Source of the DNA: the human T2T-CHM13v2.0 reference genome, Homo sapiens
Reading direction: 5' to 3' (one strand)
Length of the DNA stretch: 64,000 nucleotides
NCBI RefSeq assembly: GCF_009914755.1
Contig: NC_060926.1
Positions 1-15,617 of this stretch are shown in pieces. Every line of letters starts with the position of its first letter. Position 1 is the stretch's first letter. A model generated the notes under the pieces. It saw nothing but the letters and a program-made list of their open reading frames with translations. It was not told the DNA's origin and did no database searches. Position numbers and translations under genes: made by a program.

Positions 1-88
1 CCCCATGGACAGTTGTGCCCCATTCTTAATAAACAGGTAGTGACAACTTTTAGCTAAGGAACCGCCATTAAGAAGTATTTATAGTGAC

Positions 89-439
89 TGTTATGGACTG
101 AAACATGTCTTTCCTTGCAATTTATATGTTGAGATCCTAACCCTCAACATGATGGTATTAGGAGGTGGTGCCTTTGGTAGGTAATTAAGTCATGAGGGTG
201 GAGCCCTCATGGGTGGGATAAGTGCCCTTATGATGAAACATGAGAGCTTGCTTTCTGCTCTCTACCACAGGAGGCTACAATAAGAAGACGGCCATCGTAA
301 ACCAGGAAGAGGGCACACCAAACCAGGGTCTGTGGTGCCTTGTTCTTGGACTTACCCGCCTCCAGAACTGTGAGAAATAAATGTGTGTTGTTTAAGCCAC
401 CATCAACTCAATTTTGTAATAACAGCCCAAACTAAGACA
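89..439 (+). mobile_element. ERVL-MaLR solo LTR (MLT1A/MST-like)
   Basis: TGTTATGGACTGAA...gtattaggaggtgg...ccagaactgtgagaaataaat...ctaagaCA; TG...CA termini. Confidence 0.8.
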
Positions 440-611
440 GAGACTCTGAGGGGACTACAGTCCCAAGGGAAATAAATGGGGTCACCTTCAGACCCATGGA
501 AGGGCCAGACAGAAGCCATCCATCTGGCCTTTGGCAGAAACACGCTCATGAGGCTCAACCAATTTCTCTTTGCAGACACCCTCCAGTCTCCAAGCATTTC
601 ACTAAATCTCT

Positions 612-800
612 AGGGTAATGGTTCTCAATTTGTGTGGGTGAAAAAACTTTGCCCCACAGGGAACATCTGGCAATGTCTGCAGGTATTTCTGCTTGTCACA
701 ACCAGGAAAGGGGTTGGGGAGGAGAGATGCTACTGGCTTCTAATGGGTAAGGGCCTGGAATACTACTAGACACCTTACAACACAGTGGAGAGTCTACTGC
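612..800 (+). mobile_element. MER20 (hAT-Charlie) fragment
   Basis: tggttctcaa...tttgcccc..gggaacatctggcaatgtctg...tgtcacaac...tgctactggc pattern. Confidence 0.7.
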
Positions 801-980
801 AACAAATTAACAGTTTAATAAAATGGAGAAAATACCTGGTTTCACAATCATTTGCAAAGCTCAGGGAGATAATGAGATAAGGCTGCAGTGAACAAGGAGA
901 CACATTACTTACGTGACCCATTCATCACGCTCATTGCCCTCAAATCTCTGAGAGTCCAAAAAAAAAAAAAAATCCTCAAG

Positions 981-1285
<305 letters not shown>

Positions 1286-2802
1286 CCAAACCAAAATGTT
1301 AAATATTAGATTCCTTCTGTTCCAGAATTAGTAGACTTTAAAAAATAAATTCACTTTAAAAAATAAATCCACTAAATTTATTCTCTAAGAGGCTATTCCT
1401 AAATCAGAACACTGTTTCATAGAGGTTTTCCCTACTTTATAAGATAAATATCCACACCTCGGAAGATAATTTATGATCAAAAAACAAACAAACAAAACAA
1501 AACCCAGTAGTCAAATGCAAGACTGAGATACAAATCATAGTTGCTGTTTCTGTGTTTAAAATGTCTTCTCAGGAAGACACTTTTAGGTCTGCTTTCCCAA
1601 AACTTAATATTGACAAAAAACAGCAAAGGGGGGATGCTCGGGGCACATATATCATCATCCGTGAGTACACAGGGTTCCAGATTCTAAAAATTAGACAATG
1701 AACAGAACAAGTTGATTTCCAGGTGGTTAAATACCAGGGTTTTCAGATTGAACCCTGAGGCAGTGGTAAGAAGAACAGATCCTCCTTAAATATAGCAAAA
1801 GGAGCTGCTGCAGGTCCCAGAGTACACCAAGAAAACAACAGCTTCTATTCTTTCTAGACCATAGCCTGAGACGCTGACAAAATGCTTTCAAAATAAAAGG
1901 GAGCCACAAAATTTCACCTTACTATCAAACATCAACAGGCTATAATTAACACTTAATTAACAGCATTATGGTGAAATCTGCTTATTCTCCTCAAAAACTG
2001 CCTGAAGCTTTTTTTCCCCATTAAATTATTACATGTCACAAGCGGGCCATGGCCTACCTGTTCATTTGGTTTCTCCACGCTTTCCTTCTGTAACAATGTA
2101 AGCAAGAGTTGTGGCCAGGCAAACGTCCTTGGAAAGCCTTACCCTTTAGAGATAGTTTTCTTTCTTCCTGAATTCTCTTCACTCCCAACCAGCAGCAATA
2201 CTCACCAGGGCCCCTAAACACAGCCACTGACTTGCCCCACATCATTTCTTCTGGGATTCTCTTTGTGGGAATTTCCAGTAGAAACAAAGACCTTCCCAGG
2301 GACTCTTGAGCAGAGGTGGGAGGATTGCTAAGTCCTTGCTAATTTCCCACCTCTCAAACGCATAGTTAGAAAAAGTCAATAGGAAGTTGACTTGAGAACC
2401 ATTTGCCATAAGTCAGTAAGCTGGGACCCTTCTCCATGGTGGCCTCCTCCGTCTGCCTTCAACCATTTAGTGGTTTTCTTGCACTTTTTCCAGAGATAGA
2501 TCCAAGAAATAAAATGAAAACTGAACAAAAATTCAACTTAGTCCATTTTTCCCACCTGAGAGTTCTATGAAAGTGGGAAGGAAGATGGTCCAATGACTAT
2601 CCGAAAGATGCACCTGGATGAGTTATTCCAGAGTTTAACTGCCCTATTCTCATTTCTACAGGTGGCATCTACCACGTGACCAAGTCACCATATAAAAAGC
2701 TCATGAATTAATATGGACAGAGCCATCAAAAAGTCTCAGGCCTGGTATTATGAGGGTTTCCTTGATTGTGTGGTATTGTTGACTTAGAAGCATTAAATGA
2801 GT

Positions 2803-3103
<301 letters not shown>

Positions 3104-3619
3104 AGAATCATTAAATGTGTTGTCTGAGTTCATGCAACTGGTTAGTAGTAGCACTAGGGTGAGACTAAGCGTTCTCCTCACTCCCAAATCAGTAAAATCT
3201 TAATAGCATAACTATTTAGAGAAACAGAAAGATCCTAACAAAAGAGAGAAAACAAGGTGATATTCAACATAAGGGCCAAAGAAGATTCTTAGCTGCCAAA
3301 TCACTAAATTAAAAAATGGGGACTTCCACAGGTGAGGGGGGTAAACATACAGCAGTAAAAAAGACCCAAAAATGTCTTCAGTGACTACAAACGTATTGTA
3401 AAGGAAGAATACATATCAAATTTAGTTCAAAATGTTTTAATATCATGGGTATTAGATTAATAAGAAGTTGAGGTACATAAATACTTGCTAAAATATTTCC
3501 ACTATACTTGGTAATATCCTAGTCATCAATATAGGACCTTGTCTAGCTTTAGTGTCCACTGTTAAGCCATACTAAAGAAAAGCACAGAGAAAATATCCAG
3601 ATTATAAGGATATAGAATA

Positions 3620-3785
3620 AAGTGGCACTTCTCTAACTTAAATGTGCTTAGGATCTGCTGGGGATTTTGTTAAAGTGCGGATTCTGCTTCATTAGGTTTG
3701 GGGTGGGGTCTAAGATTCTGCCTTTCTAACCAGCTTACAAGTGACCCCAGTGCTGTGGGTCTAAGGACCACACTCAGTGGCAAAG
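3620..3785. mobile_element. MER5-family hAT element
   Basis: ttgttaaa..gattctg...ggtggggtctaagattctgc..ttctaac...ggaccacact pattern. Confidence 0.65.
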
Positions 3786-4091
3786 GAGTAAAGAACCAAA
3801 AAGGAAGGAGGAAACCTACTATTTAATTTCTATAAATGAATACTAAGAGGGCTTAGTTGAGGGCCAATAAGGAGGCTACACCACAAGCCATGTCTGCAGG
3901 GTGAATGGGCTTTGACTGCAGAAATAGTTTGGAATTAAAACATGAAGGAAATTTTCCAGGTGGGTAAGGTTCTAGAAGAGTTAACTAGAGAAGAATGAGA
4001 AACTTCTGCCGCCAGGGCTCTTGAACAATACAGATTTGGATGACTGCAAAGAGGACATTGGGGGAAAACTACAATAGTTAGAATTCCTTAA

Positions 4092-4416
<325 letters not shown>

Positions 4417-5619
4417 GGGTATTTTTTTTAAACCCTGCTTAGTGTTCAGGCTAAGGAGAAAGGAGGGCCCAGTGACAGAGGCAGATGCACAGGGGAGGGA
4501 AGAGGGATCGAAGCTGTGACCCAGTACATTTCTATCTCTTTACAAAATGAATGCGGGTGACTCTGACACCTGAGAGGCTCAGTTAGGAGGAACTGAGGTA
4601 GGGCCACGTACGTTAGCTCAAAAGTGATAGAACCAAAAAGAAACAGGCATTCCCCAAACTCAGTGAAATACATCGCCCTGCCCTACAGCCATGTTTTACC
4701 AAATAAACCACAAAGCACAAATTTGAGACTAGCTCCCAACTCCACATCTTTATTACTTGAGAGGCCTGCAGTTATAAAAAGCCACAAAACTGCCAACTCA
4801 GATCTCATCCCAAATAAATGAGTAGAACTGATATAACAGGTAAATGACTATCATGGTCTATAACAACTTCAACTTTGAAATATCAAAAGTATTGATATTA
4901 AGACATGCTTGCTCCCATTTTCTGCTGAGTATTAATTTATCCTCAGAATCTTAAAGAACAAGAAGGATTCCTTGTGCAGGTAGCTCATTCCCAGAACCGT
5001 AGATGCTTCCAGAGAAAGATCCCGAAGCAGCACATTTTCTAATATCAGGGGGAGCACAGAGGCATAATGACTCAAAGGTACCAAAATTTAGAAAAGACTA
5101 AAAAATAAAAAGAAAGGATGGTCTGTGTGTGGTGATAACTTCCACTGAGGCCAGCAGACAGTAGCAAACTGGTCCCCAATTCCTATAGGAAGGCAAACAG
5201 GCCCTGAATCAACAGCACACACTTCAGCTCTACTTATTAGGAAGTCAGCCACAGATTCGCTTTTCCAGTAAATAAAGTTTTATGGCAGTCAACAGGCCTT
5301 AATTATTACATGGCAATTTCATTCACCAGGCCTAACTCTGGTCTCTAACCCCAAGGTGCAGCTTTACCACTGGTCTGCAAGCATAGGCTACTAAAGATTT
5401 TAGGAAATGATAGGAAATGATGAGGTGGCCAGAGATACTTCCCAAGAGCTAATTTCCAAACCACTGCTGGACAGTGCAATTCACATATCGTGTAATTCAC
5501 AGAGTTGTTTTCCTAACCAGTTGAGACAGAGTGAGAATACATTTTACCAAGGGATATGGGATACAATGAGAATGTAGTATGTAACCTTTAAAACGGTATC
5601 CAGTATATAATCCTGCCTG

Positions 5620-5830
5620 TAAGGCACTCACTGCTGGACCCATGCGACCACTGGACAGCAGGAAGGCCCCAGCTCCACTTACTGGCGTGGGACCTCGGGC
5701 ACTTGATCAGCCTCACTGAGCTGCGGTTTCACGGTAAAACAGTGATAAAATTACCTAACTCACTGTGCTGTTGTGAGGATTCAATGAGATGGTAACTGTA
5801 AAGCACGTGGCACAGATCCTAACAACTAAC
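5620..5830 (+). mobile_element. MIR
   Basis: cccagctccacttact...gacctcgggcac...ctgagctgcggtttc...ttgtgaggatt..atgagat...gtaaagcac core. Confidence 0.65.
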
Positions 5831-6675
5831 AAATTACAGGACCATCAATTCACTCTATCCAGTAGCAAGAAGCCACCAGAAAACAAAATGGCCCCGAGGG
5901 GGTGGCAAAAAGAAGAACTGAAAAGGGATGGAAGGGACTTGACACTGAAGCTCTGCCTCTTTGCAGTTTTATCTAAGTGTTTGCAGAGAAGAGAACCTCA
6001 AAAAATCATGCCATTAAAACCCAGACAATTACATTAATCATGAGATATGACAGGCCTTCAATAAGGAATATTGCCAAATTACCACTGTTTTATCACTGGG
6101 TATAAAGGTACTTCCTGTTTTGCTTTAAACTTATAATTTTAATCACCGACTCATTATTTAAAATGGATTGCCCTTAACTAAAAGGGCAATTCAAAAGCAC
6201 CCTAAAGTTTTATAACCTGCATTATTACACTTCATTAGCTGAAAGGTAAAATTATGTCTAGGCAGAGTAGAATCATACCATATTCTAAATATGCCATGAA
6301 ATGTAATTTTCTGAGACCGTGAATAAACTTACATTTGATTACAATCCTTTACTAAACTGTTTAAGAGGTTTCTTATCTCTAACTTTCTACCTGATCCATT
6401 ACAGTGTTTTATATATAACTGGTACTCAATTAATAAATGTCAATTAAAAACTGTGTATACCAAGAAAGGATCTATAAGAAAATCATAGGTACTCATAAAT
6501 ATAGTCTAAGGTCCATATGACTTGATTAAGGAGAAGTAATTTCAGCCAAATCAAAGATAATGGACTCTGAAGTCTTTGTGACGAGATCCTCATAGTTGGC
6601 AGTGTTCTAAAGGGGTTTGCTAACTTTTTGAAAGTGTTATTTTCTTTTGATAATATATTGTTTAAAACTCAGCAC

Positions 6676-6977
<302 letters not shown>

Positions 6978-7090
6978 TCAGCCTATCTTTTAATGCCACA
7001 AATTAAATATCTCTACTAAGAAAATAAAGCAATTTTAATATTGATGACAATGGTTCTCAAATCACAATAGTATCCTCCTCCCTCCCAGTA

Positions 7091-7173
7091 TATTTTAGTA
7101 AACCATTCCTGGAGTGAGGGTGGGTTTATTTCAGTAAACCATTCCTGGAGTGAGTGTGGGGTGGTTAGTAAAC
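7091..7173. repeat. 36-bp tandem duplication (2 copies plus a partial third)
   Basis: tattttagtaaaccattcctggagtgagggtgggtt / tatttcagtaaaccattcctggagtgagtgtggggt. Confidence 0.85.
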
Positions 7174-7229
7174 TAACCCAACCCACAAACACATACACAG
7201 TAATTTAGAATCTCCAAAAACAATATAGC

Positions 7230-7420
7230 CATCATTTGTTACACGTTAGGCACTACGTGAACAGCGTTAATATGCATTATTTCATTTCATTCTCGCCACG
7301 ATCCTGAGACTGCATTATCATTCCTGTTTTAAACACAAGAAAACCGAGGTTTAGAAAAGATGAGTAAATAAATTCCTCAAGATCTCAAACTAGTAAAGGG
7401 ACAATTAGGATTCAAAATCC
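7230..7420 (-). mobile_element. MIR
   Basis: atgcattatttcattt...gaaaaccgaggtttagaaaag...ggattcaaa pattern. Confidence 0.6.
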
Positions 7421-9515
7421 ATGCTATTAACCAAAAATTTATAGACAATGCTATAAAAAGCATGGGTGGAAGTACTGTCAAATCTTTCATCTAAATAGAG
7501 TCCACTGGAATATACAAAGTTATTTTTATAAAAGGAAACAGGGTAAGCTTTGTGTTTACAAAGGTAATGAGAAATTACATACTGAAATGCCATTCTGTTA
7601 AATCTAAACTAAATCAGCTAAAACAACATTTCACTTAATAGGCACTTGGATATCAGAAATACCTTCACTTCTAGAAAACAGCTTGCAAAAGAGATTGTCA
7701 TTATAAAAGCACGTTTTTATCTCTTATTATATGTCCTCCTATAAAAACACTAAAATGAAATCTCATTTCCAGAAGAGTCTAGACAGTGGTAGACACAACA
7801 AACTGGGTGTGACTAATATTTTGACAAACACAAACAGCCAAAAGGTAAAGCGTGAGGCCTGACATTTATTGATCCCATAAAATAGAAACCCTTTTAGCTC
7901 TCCTGCCACACTGCATGACCTGGTAGGCATGGGGATATTTTTATTCAACAGCTTTCCTTCGGTCCTTCCATCCTTTTTTAGAAAGCCAAAATAAAAACCA
8001 GAAAAGGCATACTTATAAAGTCATAAGCCATATGCTATAACAGGTAAATAAAAGTCCTTTGACGTTAGAAGCCACGAAAGAACAGAAGATTAAAAAGTAA
8101 ATCATAAACAGCTGCATCTCGCCTCCCAGTGTTTACATTCTTAGACATCCACTTTTTAAAAATATTCCCTCTGTAGATCAAAACATGCTGTACTTTGAGA
8201 AGGGGAAAACAATGACGTTAACGTTAAAATATTGTACAGTTTACATATAAACAGAGCTAAGTTTATGCACATCATTCTAGTTGGCAGTAACTCATCTGAA
8301 TGGCTCAAACTGAGAGCTATAATTAAGTGTGTTAATTATCTGTGTACACAAAAATCTAAAATATATATGTTCCTTATTATAGAGCATAGAATACAACTGG
8401 TTTAACAAATCAAAATAATCCAAAAAGCTTTTTCAAGTTAAACTTGGGTGCTCTGAAGCTGGATGAAACTAGGTTCAATTACTGGGGGAAGTCTGTTTCT
8501 TCATCCCATCCTTCCCCTCCCCACAACTTTGTATTCCTTTCCCTCAGTACCTTTTCTCTTTCAATTAGTGCCACCCACAAATACTGCTCAGCTCATTACT
8601 GACACTCAGGCTTTAAAAACTGGGTGGCCCCATACCAAGAACCATTTTTAAAATTACTGCCTTCAAGCATTAAAATGCTAATCCAACAGAAAGCAAAGCT
8701 TAAGAGCATGGAGCTCCTCCTCCCAAAAACATACATGTATATGGGAGAGAAGCACGGATGAGCCACATGTTTAAAATTCTAGTTTGTAACATATTCAAGA
8801 GATAAGCAGTTGGCAGAAAGCTTTCAAAACACAATGCCCATTCACAGACTTTATGCACTCACTTTCAGCCTTATAAAGGGAAATACTTCATTCTAAGAAG
8901 GATCTAAGTTTTAACATAATACAGGCCAACTTCCATCAGAAGCAGCAAATTAATATCAGTGGTAAGAAGGCTAGTAAGTTCAGGCAGATACAAGATTTAG
9001 GGGCCCTGAATTATCATTAAGAAAGCATTTATCTTATACCCGCATGTCTAAGGTACAAGCCAAGGTGAGTCACCAACTCATCTGACTGAAAGTTCTGTTG
9101 CTAAAATCTGGTATCGCTGACCTCACTGAATCAAAACATATATGCTCCTTTGAAGGTGGTGAAACATCCCTAGTCAGTGAATCACCATCTCTCAAAAATC
9201 TCCAAGGATTATAGGTAAACATGAGCCCTGCCACTACAAGTCAAAGTCTTGATATCCAAAGAACTGGCTCTGGTGTTAATGCATGCCCAAGGTTTAATGA
9301 GGATGAAGAAAAGAAAAAAAACAAACTAACATATTTTCCCTTTAGAACACAACTAGGACACATGGTTTTTTAAATCAGATGACTTATTGATCAATTATAA
9401 TATGCTTATTGATGCAGAACAATAGCAACGTGACCTAAGGCTCAGGGATTCAATCCACAACTGGGATAGGTTATAAGGAAGAACAGAATTGTCTCCTTTA
9501 AAATACAATGGCTCT

Positions 9516-9838
<323 letters not shown>

Positions 9839-10164
9839 AATACAATGGCTGCTTTCCCTAACAGGCTGTATGTAGCCAAAGAGAGGCCTAACTGCTTATG
9901 TGCTTGCTTCCAATGACAAAGTGCGTGTGTAAGAAGCACAGATATACTTGACTGTTTATAAACTACTGCAATTAATAATTTATGACAACGACTGCAAGTC
10001 ATACAACATCTGAGGGTACCTATAATACACTAAGCAAGAAGCTTTCACTACTAGAGGATGGTACGGTTTGAACTCTCCTGGAGCCCTGGTTCTGGGCATT
10101 CAGTAGGCCAGCAGTTCCCAAACATGTTCTACAGAACATGAGCTCCATGAGAAACAGTCTTGTG

Positions 10165-10400
10165 AGGCTGAGGCACAGTGGCTCACAACTGTGATCTTGG
10201 CACTTTGGGAGGCTGAGGTGGGCAGATCACCTGAGGTGAGGGGTTCGAGACCAGCCTGACCAACATGGTAAAAACCAATCTCTACTAAAAAATACAAAAA
10301 TTAGCCAGGCATGGTGGGGTGTGCCTGTAGTCCCAGCTACTCAGGAGGCTGAGGCAAGAAAATTGCTTGAACCCGAAAGTGGAGGTTGCAGTGAGCCAAG
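10165..10400 (+). mobile_element. AluS lacking its 3' end and tail
   Basis: Ends at gcagtgagccaag; flanked by agtcttgtg direct repeats. Confidence 0.9.
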
Positions 10401-12726
10401 GAAAGAAATAGAGTCTTGTGTCCAAAGACATTTAGGAAATATCTCCCTCCTGACATCTCTCATCTCATATTAGAGCTTGATATTTTGTTTAACCATGTGT
10501 TTCCTACACTTATAATCTGAAAATATGTAGTTTTCATTTCATATCTGTGCTAACTACTCTAACATCTTGTAAAATACATTTTGAGAAATACTGCATTAAA
10601 ATTTTCCCTCAAAAAGCCTTTTCCCTTGAACTTTGCTATTCACAAAGCATTCTGATAAAATATTCAACAAAAGATACATAGGCATAAGCAAAAGAAACAT
10701 ATTTTAGAATAGAAAAGTTGATTTAAAAATTAACAACAAAATGTTTTATTTAAGAATATCACATTTGTGTTTTTAGCCCTAAATTTCTAATATGGTTTGT
10801 AGTTAATAAGAAAAATACTAACATATCAATAATTTACAATTTGCCAAAACATTTATGTGTCAAAAGAATTCTTTGCTTCTCTGATTTTGAAGGAAAAGAA
10901 AATGAGAGAGGCAGAGACAAAAAAATGGATTAAAAAGTGGAGAGACAGCTTCTTCCCCTAATTATTCACAGATTCCATTTGAATTCAGAAAACGATTCTT
11001 CACATTTCAGGACTCATGTATGAAGGTTGTTTTATTTTTACTTCATGGAATTGGTGGATGAATGTTATATAAATTATTACTGCACAAATAATTTTAAATA
11101 ATACTTGAAGAATGAGACAAAAATAATATTTTAAATTTCTAGAACAGCAGCTATATCATTAGTCTACTACCATGACCACTACCATGACCAAACACGTGAT
11201 GAGTAAGTCTAAAATCATAAAAACACCATAAGTGAAAATCGAATACCTTTATTTTCTAAAACATTAAGCAGAATGTCATATTACCTTTTAGCCTAAATAC
11301 TTTCCCAATATACAGTTGAATATCAGGAAAATGTAAAATTTGAATGCCTAAATATAAATATTTAGACTTGGGTAGAAATTTTCCTCTTATTAGAGGGTTA
11401 AACTTTGATATAATATAGAAATAATTATAATGAATCAGACAATTACTTTGATCCCCTTCTTGGTTTCCAAGAGGCTGTGATGATACACAATATTTTCTAA
11501 GATATCTCTATGTGCCTCAAGTATCTACTGCTAGAAATGTGGAAATGAAACATAAAAGGCATCATGTTTACAGGGAGTTTAAAAAAAAAAGGTGTCAGTG
11601 AAGGGATGAGGTTAAATGATTGGATGCTAATGGAAACCACCTCCAAATTAGCCAGACAGGACACACCCAACCTACCCTTCCTAAAATATCCAAGGAAGTG
11701 AAATTTGTGATGCTCTACAGATAGATACAGGTACTGTCTTTCAAGACCTTCTTGTAAATTCCTTTAGCAAAGATGCTCATTGCACATTACAAATTATTTT
11801 GCCCAGTAACTGTGGAATAAGTGGTTGTGTGATTATACATTCACTTCTATTTGTGTCCAGAGTATGACTCATAGAGGCCCAATGGGGGATAATGAAAAAA
11901 TCGGCTCTAATATCCAAAACTGCCTGTGTCCGGGGCTGGTGCAAGGGATTACACAAGCCTCAAAACACAAATAAAAGTCACAAACTAGCAAGTAATATTC
12001 ATTAGGCACCCATGTGGTTTTGAAAGACAATTCCAAATGCTTTCTTATATAAATGTGAGATATGGTTGCTAGATTTTTACAATGCCATGCTGGAAAATGG
12101 AAAAATTCTCTCTACAAAGGAAAACGTTTAGTCTGGAGAAAATGTTTACAGAGGTTTGCAGCAAATAAACTTCTAAATATAGTACCAGCACTTAATAAAG
12201 GGTCAAATAAGCTCTGGGTTCTTGAGCCTGAAGTTTTCAAGGATTTTGACACAGCCCCAATGAACCATGGCAGAACCATGGCAGCTGGCAAATGCCCTGA
12301 ACCATTAGCCATCAAACAGCTGCTGAAGCAAGTCACATTCCACAATTCTGTAGCACTTCCTATCATATAGTAACAGTTGGTATGTGCCCAAATTTATTTT
12401 CTCACTAAAGCTGAATGAAGATCATGTGAGCAGAGAAACACTTTTATGATTAAAGCAGATATACATTTTCAGATGTATTTTTTAAATGAATGGAAAACAA
12501 TGAAAACTTTTTCAAAATTCATGCAAAGACAAATAAACACCCTTTTTTGATATAACTTAAAACTACATAGTTTCTTTATAGCAGAGAAAATACAAGAGAA
12601 TCAGAAGTCACAATAAAATGCAAATATGCCATGAAAAACAAAGCCATGAAAATGCACTGAAATGTTTTGTCTCCTAGCACTCTGTTGGAACTTGTACATA
12701 GGCTTAGCTGAGAAAGAAGAGTTATG

Positions 12727-13030
12727 CGCTGGGTGCTGTGGCTCACACCTGTAATCCCAACGTTTTGGGAGTGCGAGGCAGGCAGATCGCTTGAGCTCAG
12801 GCGTTTGAGACCAGCCTGGCCAACGTGGCAAAACCCCACCTCTATTTTTAGAAGTACAAAACAGCCATGTGTGGTGGCGCATGCCTGTAGTCCCAGCTAC
12901 TTGGGGGGCTGGGGCTGGAGGATCGCTTAAGCCCAGGAGGTTGAGCTGCAGTGAACCGTGATTGTGCTACTGCACTCCAGGCTGGGTATCAAAGTGAGAC
13001 CCTGTCTCAGAAAAAAAATAATAATAATAA
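12727..13030 (+). mobile_element. AluJ
   Basis: ggaggatcgcttaagcccaggagg..gagctgcagtga (AluJ-type right arm). Confidence 0.92.
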
Positions 13031-15311
13031 TGCATATAGAATAAGTCTACCATCCAAATGAGTCATTTATGTGCACAAATTAAATTTTTTTCTTTTTTTG
13101 TCTTATTGCAAGATTAAAAATTAATTTTAAAACTACAATTCAATAAGTGGCTTTACTAAAATGTTCCTTAAAATATTATTTTGACAAAAGCCGGCATCAA
13201 GAATCTCATTCTTACTCCTCAGAGAGAGTTGAAAATACCCAATTACTTTATAAAATGTCAATACAAGAGGATCTCACAGATAGCAAATCTAATAGTGTCC
13301 AGTCCACACTTCCCTACAAATACATGCGGTCATAATTTTTTTTACCCTCTTAATCTGCTGTGGCTCCATTAGTAAGCCCCTAAAAATGCAACCTGGCATT
13401 TACATTCTTGTCCATCTGGAATGTCTCTGCATCAGAGGAAAACCCTCAACCCCACCCCCCTCCACAAAAGATGAACAAGTGCACAGCTGGTATAAATCTG
13501 GGCACGTATGAAGGCAACCACTTGCATGCATGCATACACAAGGCTAAATGTTTAATCCCTCAAGCACCCTCTTCTACCCATTTTCAGATGATGCTAGGAA
13601 GGATATGATTTGCTTTTTTAAAAAATTGAATTATGTACTTTTATTAGACACCAAACAATTCCTTATTGAAAAGATATTGCAAGAAAAAAAGCTTGAAAAC
13701 TTGCCATCAAAGCTGTCTGAAGTCCAAAGTGCTATCTTTTGCTGTCACCAGAAGACTTGGAACCAAATAGGCAGAAAGCTAAGGTCAATCTTGTGAAAGT
13801 ATGATTGTGAAACCTAACCCTAGACCTCTGTCCTCTTCAGAGCAGCAGATTCACATATGTGCATTTCAGCAGAGATGCAGGAATTGCTGATGTTTTCCAT
13901 GCTGCTTCCATGAAAACCAACACTTGCAGGGTTCACTGCCAGCTCATGATGTGAAGCTAAACTTAGAAATCAAGCTGGGTTCTATATTGAGCTACACCAC
14001 CTAAGTAGCTGTGGGCAGGAATATGACTATATAGACAACTCCAATTCTTAACTATTGGTTTTTAACGAGAAGAGCAGACCAATAAAATTCAGCTTTCTAA
14101 AACAACAACATAATTGCTTTGGAATGCATTTTGGTAATAAATTTGGCTGCTGTAACTGAGGTTTTGAGAGGACAACTACAGGGGGCACTATTTACACCAT
14201 TCTGGGTGTGAAAACAATTCCATGGAATTGTGCTGTACACAGCCCAGGTGACTGCCGGGTTTATTGTCATTCTATACCAACTTCCAAGAGCTCTATCCCA
14301 GGGAAAAAAAGTATCCATTGTATCTCTCTGATACTTTCCTACTTTGCTATATTCCTCTGTTTCTTTCTGGCCCCCTTCTCCACTCTGGTCAACTGTCACT
14401 TATAGTGACAGTTTTGTTTCTTATCAAACTTTAAATCGAATAAAAGCTAGTTGAGCTTCCAGAGAGCTTTACTCTTCCCACAAAGAATCCTAAGTTGTAG
14501 ATGATTCAGATATTAAAATTTGAGCAGAACTAGAATTTTATAGGTACCTCAATAAACCTGAAATTCCCCAAATCCAAAACTCTGGAAGAGTTCCCTAACA
14601 TAATTAGCTACAAATTTTCAATCTTGAAACTTAAATGACTGTTCCATGAATGCAGTTTGGAAATCATGACAAAGCCATAAGTACAGACATGGATAACAGA
14701 GGTTGCCAGGTGGCATTATGTTCCATCATAAACTACAGAAAAATTAAACTGTTCCATTATTTTTAGCCAAGACCTCTGGTTATTGGATTGCATGGGTGCC
14801 CTGCATTCCGCTTATCCAAAAAGCAAGTCAGAAAGAACTAAAATGGCAGCATAGAGGCTGAGCTGTTGTCCTACAACATAGCCCTTGCTCATTACAGAAG
14901 CACTAGGCACCCTAAGGTTCATTTTGTTCCAACAACCAGCAATCATTATTTTCCAGAAAAACTGAGATGTGAGTTTGGTTTGATTTATTAATTTAGTTAC
15001 TCAAAATCTTGACCTTAGTGACTATAAATATGCTCTATCACTATTCAGGGGTGGCATCCTCACTTGGAATCTCTGGCCAGAATTCTTTGGGAAGTTATCA
15101 TTGATATCTTATTGCATTGACAATTAATAGACAGACAGCTCATACCTCTTGAGATATTACTATCTAAAATGCCATCAGAACATAAAAATGCAAAAAAAAA
15201 AAAAAAAGAGAGAGAGCAAATCTTTATCTAAACATAAGCTTTACCTACCACAGGTAACACTAGTGAAGCATCTGTATAATTTACTCATTGCACTAAAAGT
15301 TTTAGCCAGTG

Positions 15312-15512
15312 AAGCATTGGCAAATTTTCTAATAGGGTCAGATTGCAAATATCTTGGGCTTTGTGGACCATGTATAGTCTCTACCCCAACAACTCAACTC
15401 TGCCATTGTAGCTCAAAAGCAGCCAGACAATACATAAAGAAATGGGTGTTCCAATAAGCTTTCCAGAAACAGGTGGCAGCTGGATTTGGCCCTAGTTTGC
15501 TGGCTCCTGGCC
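15312..15512. mobile_element. MER58A (hAT-Charlie)
   Basis: ggcaaattttct...ctcaactctgccattgtagc..aaagcagcc.gacaatac...ggatttggcc..tagtttgc. Confidence 0.8.
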
Positions 15513-15533
15513 TACTGTAAAGCCAGAAGAACT

Positions 15534-15617
15534 ATAGGTTGGTGCAAATGTAATTGCAGTTTTTGCCATTACTTTTAAAATGCCAAGACCTGTAATAACA
15601 TTTGCACCAGCCGAATA
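15534..15617. mobile_element. MADE1 (Hsmar1-derived MITE, about 80 bp)
   Basis: taggttggtgcaaatgtaattgcagttttgcca ... tttgcaccagcc.aa: the mariner TIR pair. Confidence 0.85.

Noticed and set aside
14391-14413. Short perfect inverted repeats (aactgtcact-tat-agtgacagtt; also 6167-6190 and 54494-54511)
   Set aside because: A few 8-10 bp stems are expected by chance in 64 kb; too short for pre-miRNA and without supporting context.
15534-15617. 80-bp hairpin resembling a pre-miRNA
   Set aside because: Explained by MADE1 TIRs. miR-548 genes derive from MADE1, but this copy's right arm is degenerate and there is no evidence of processing.
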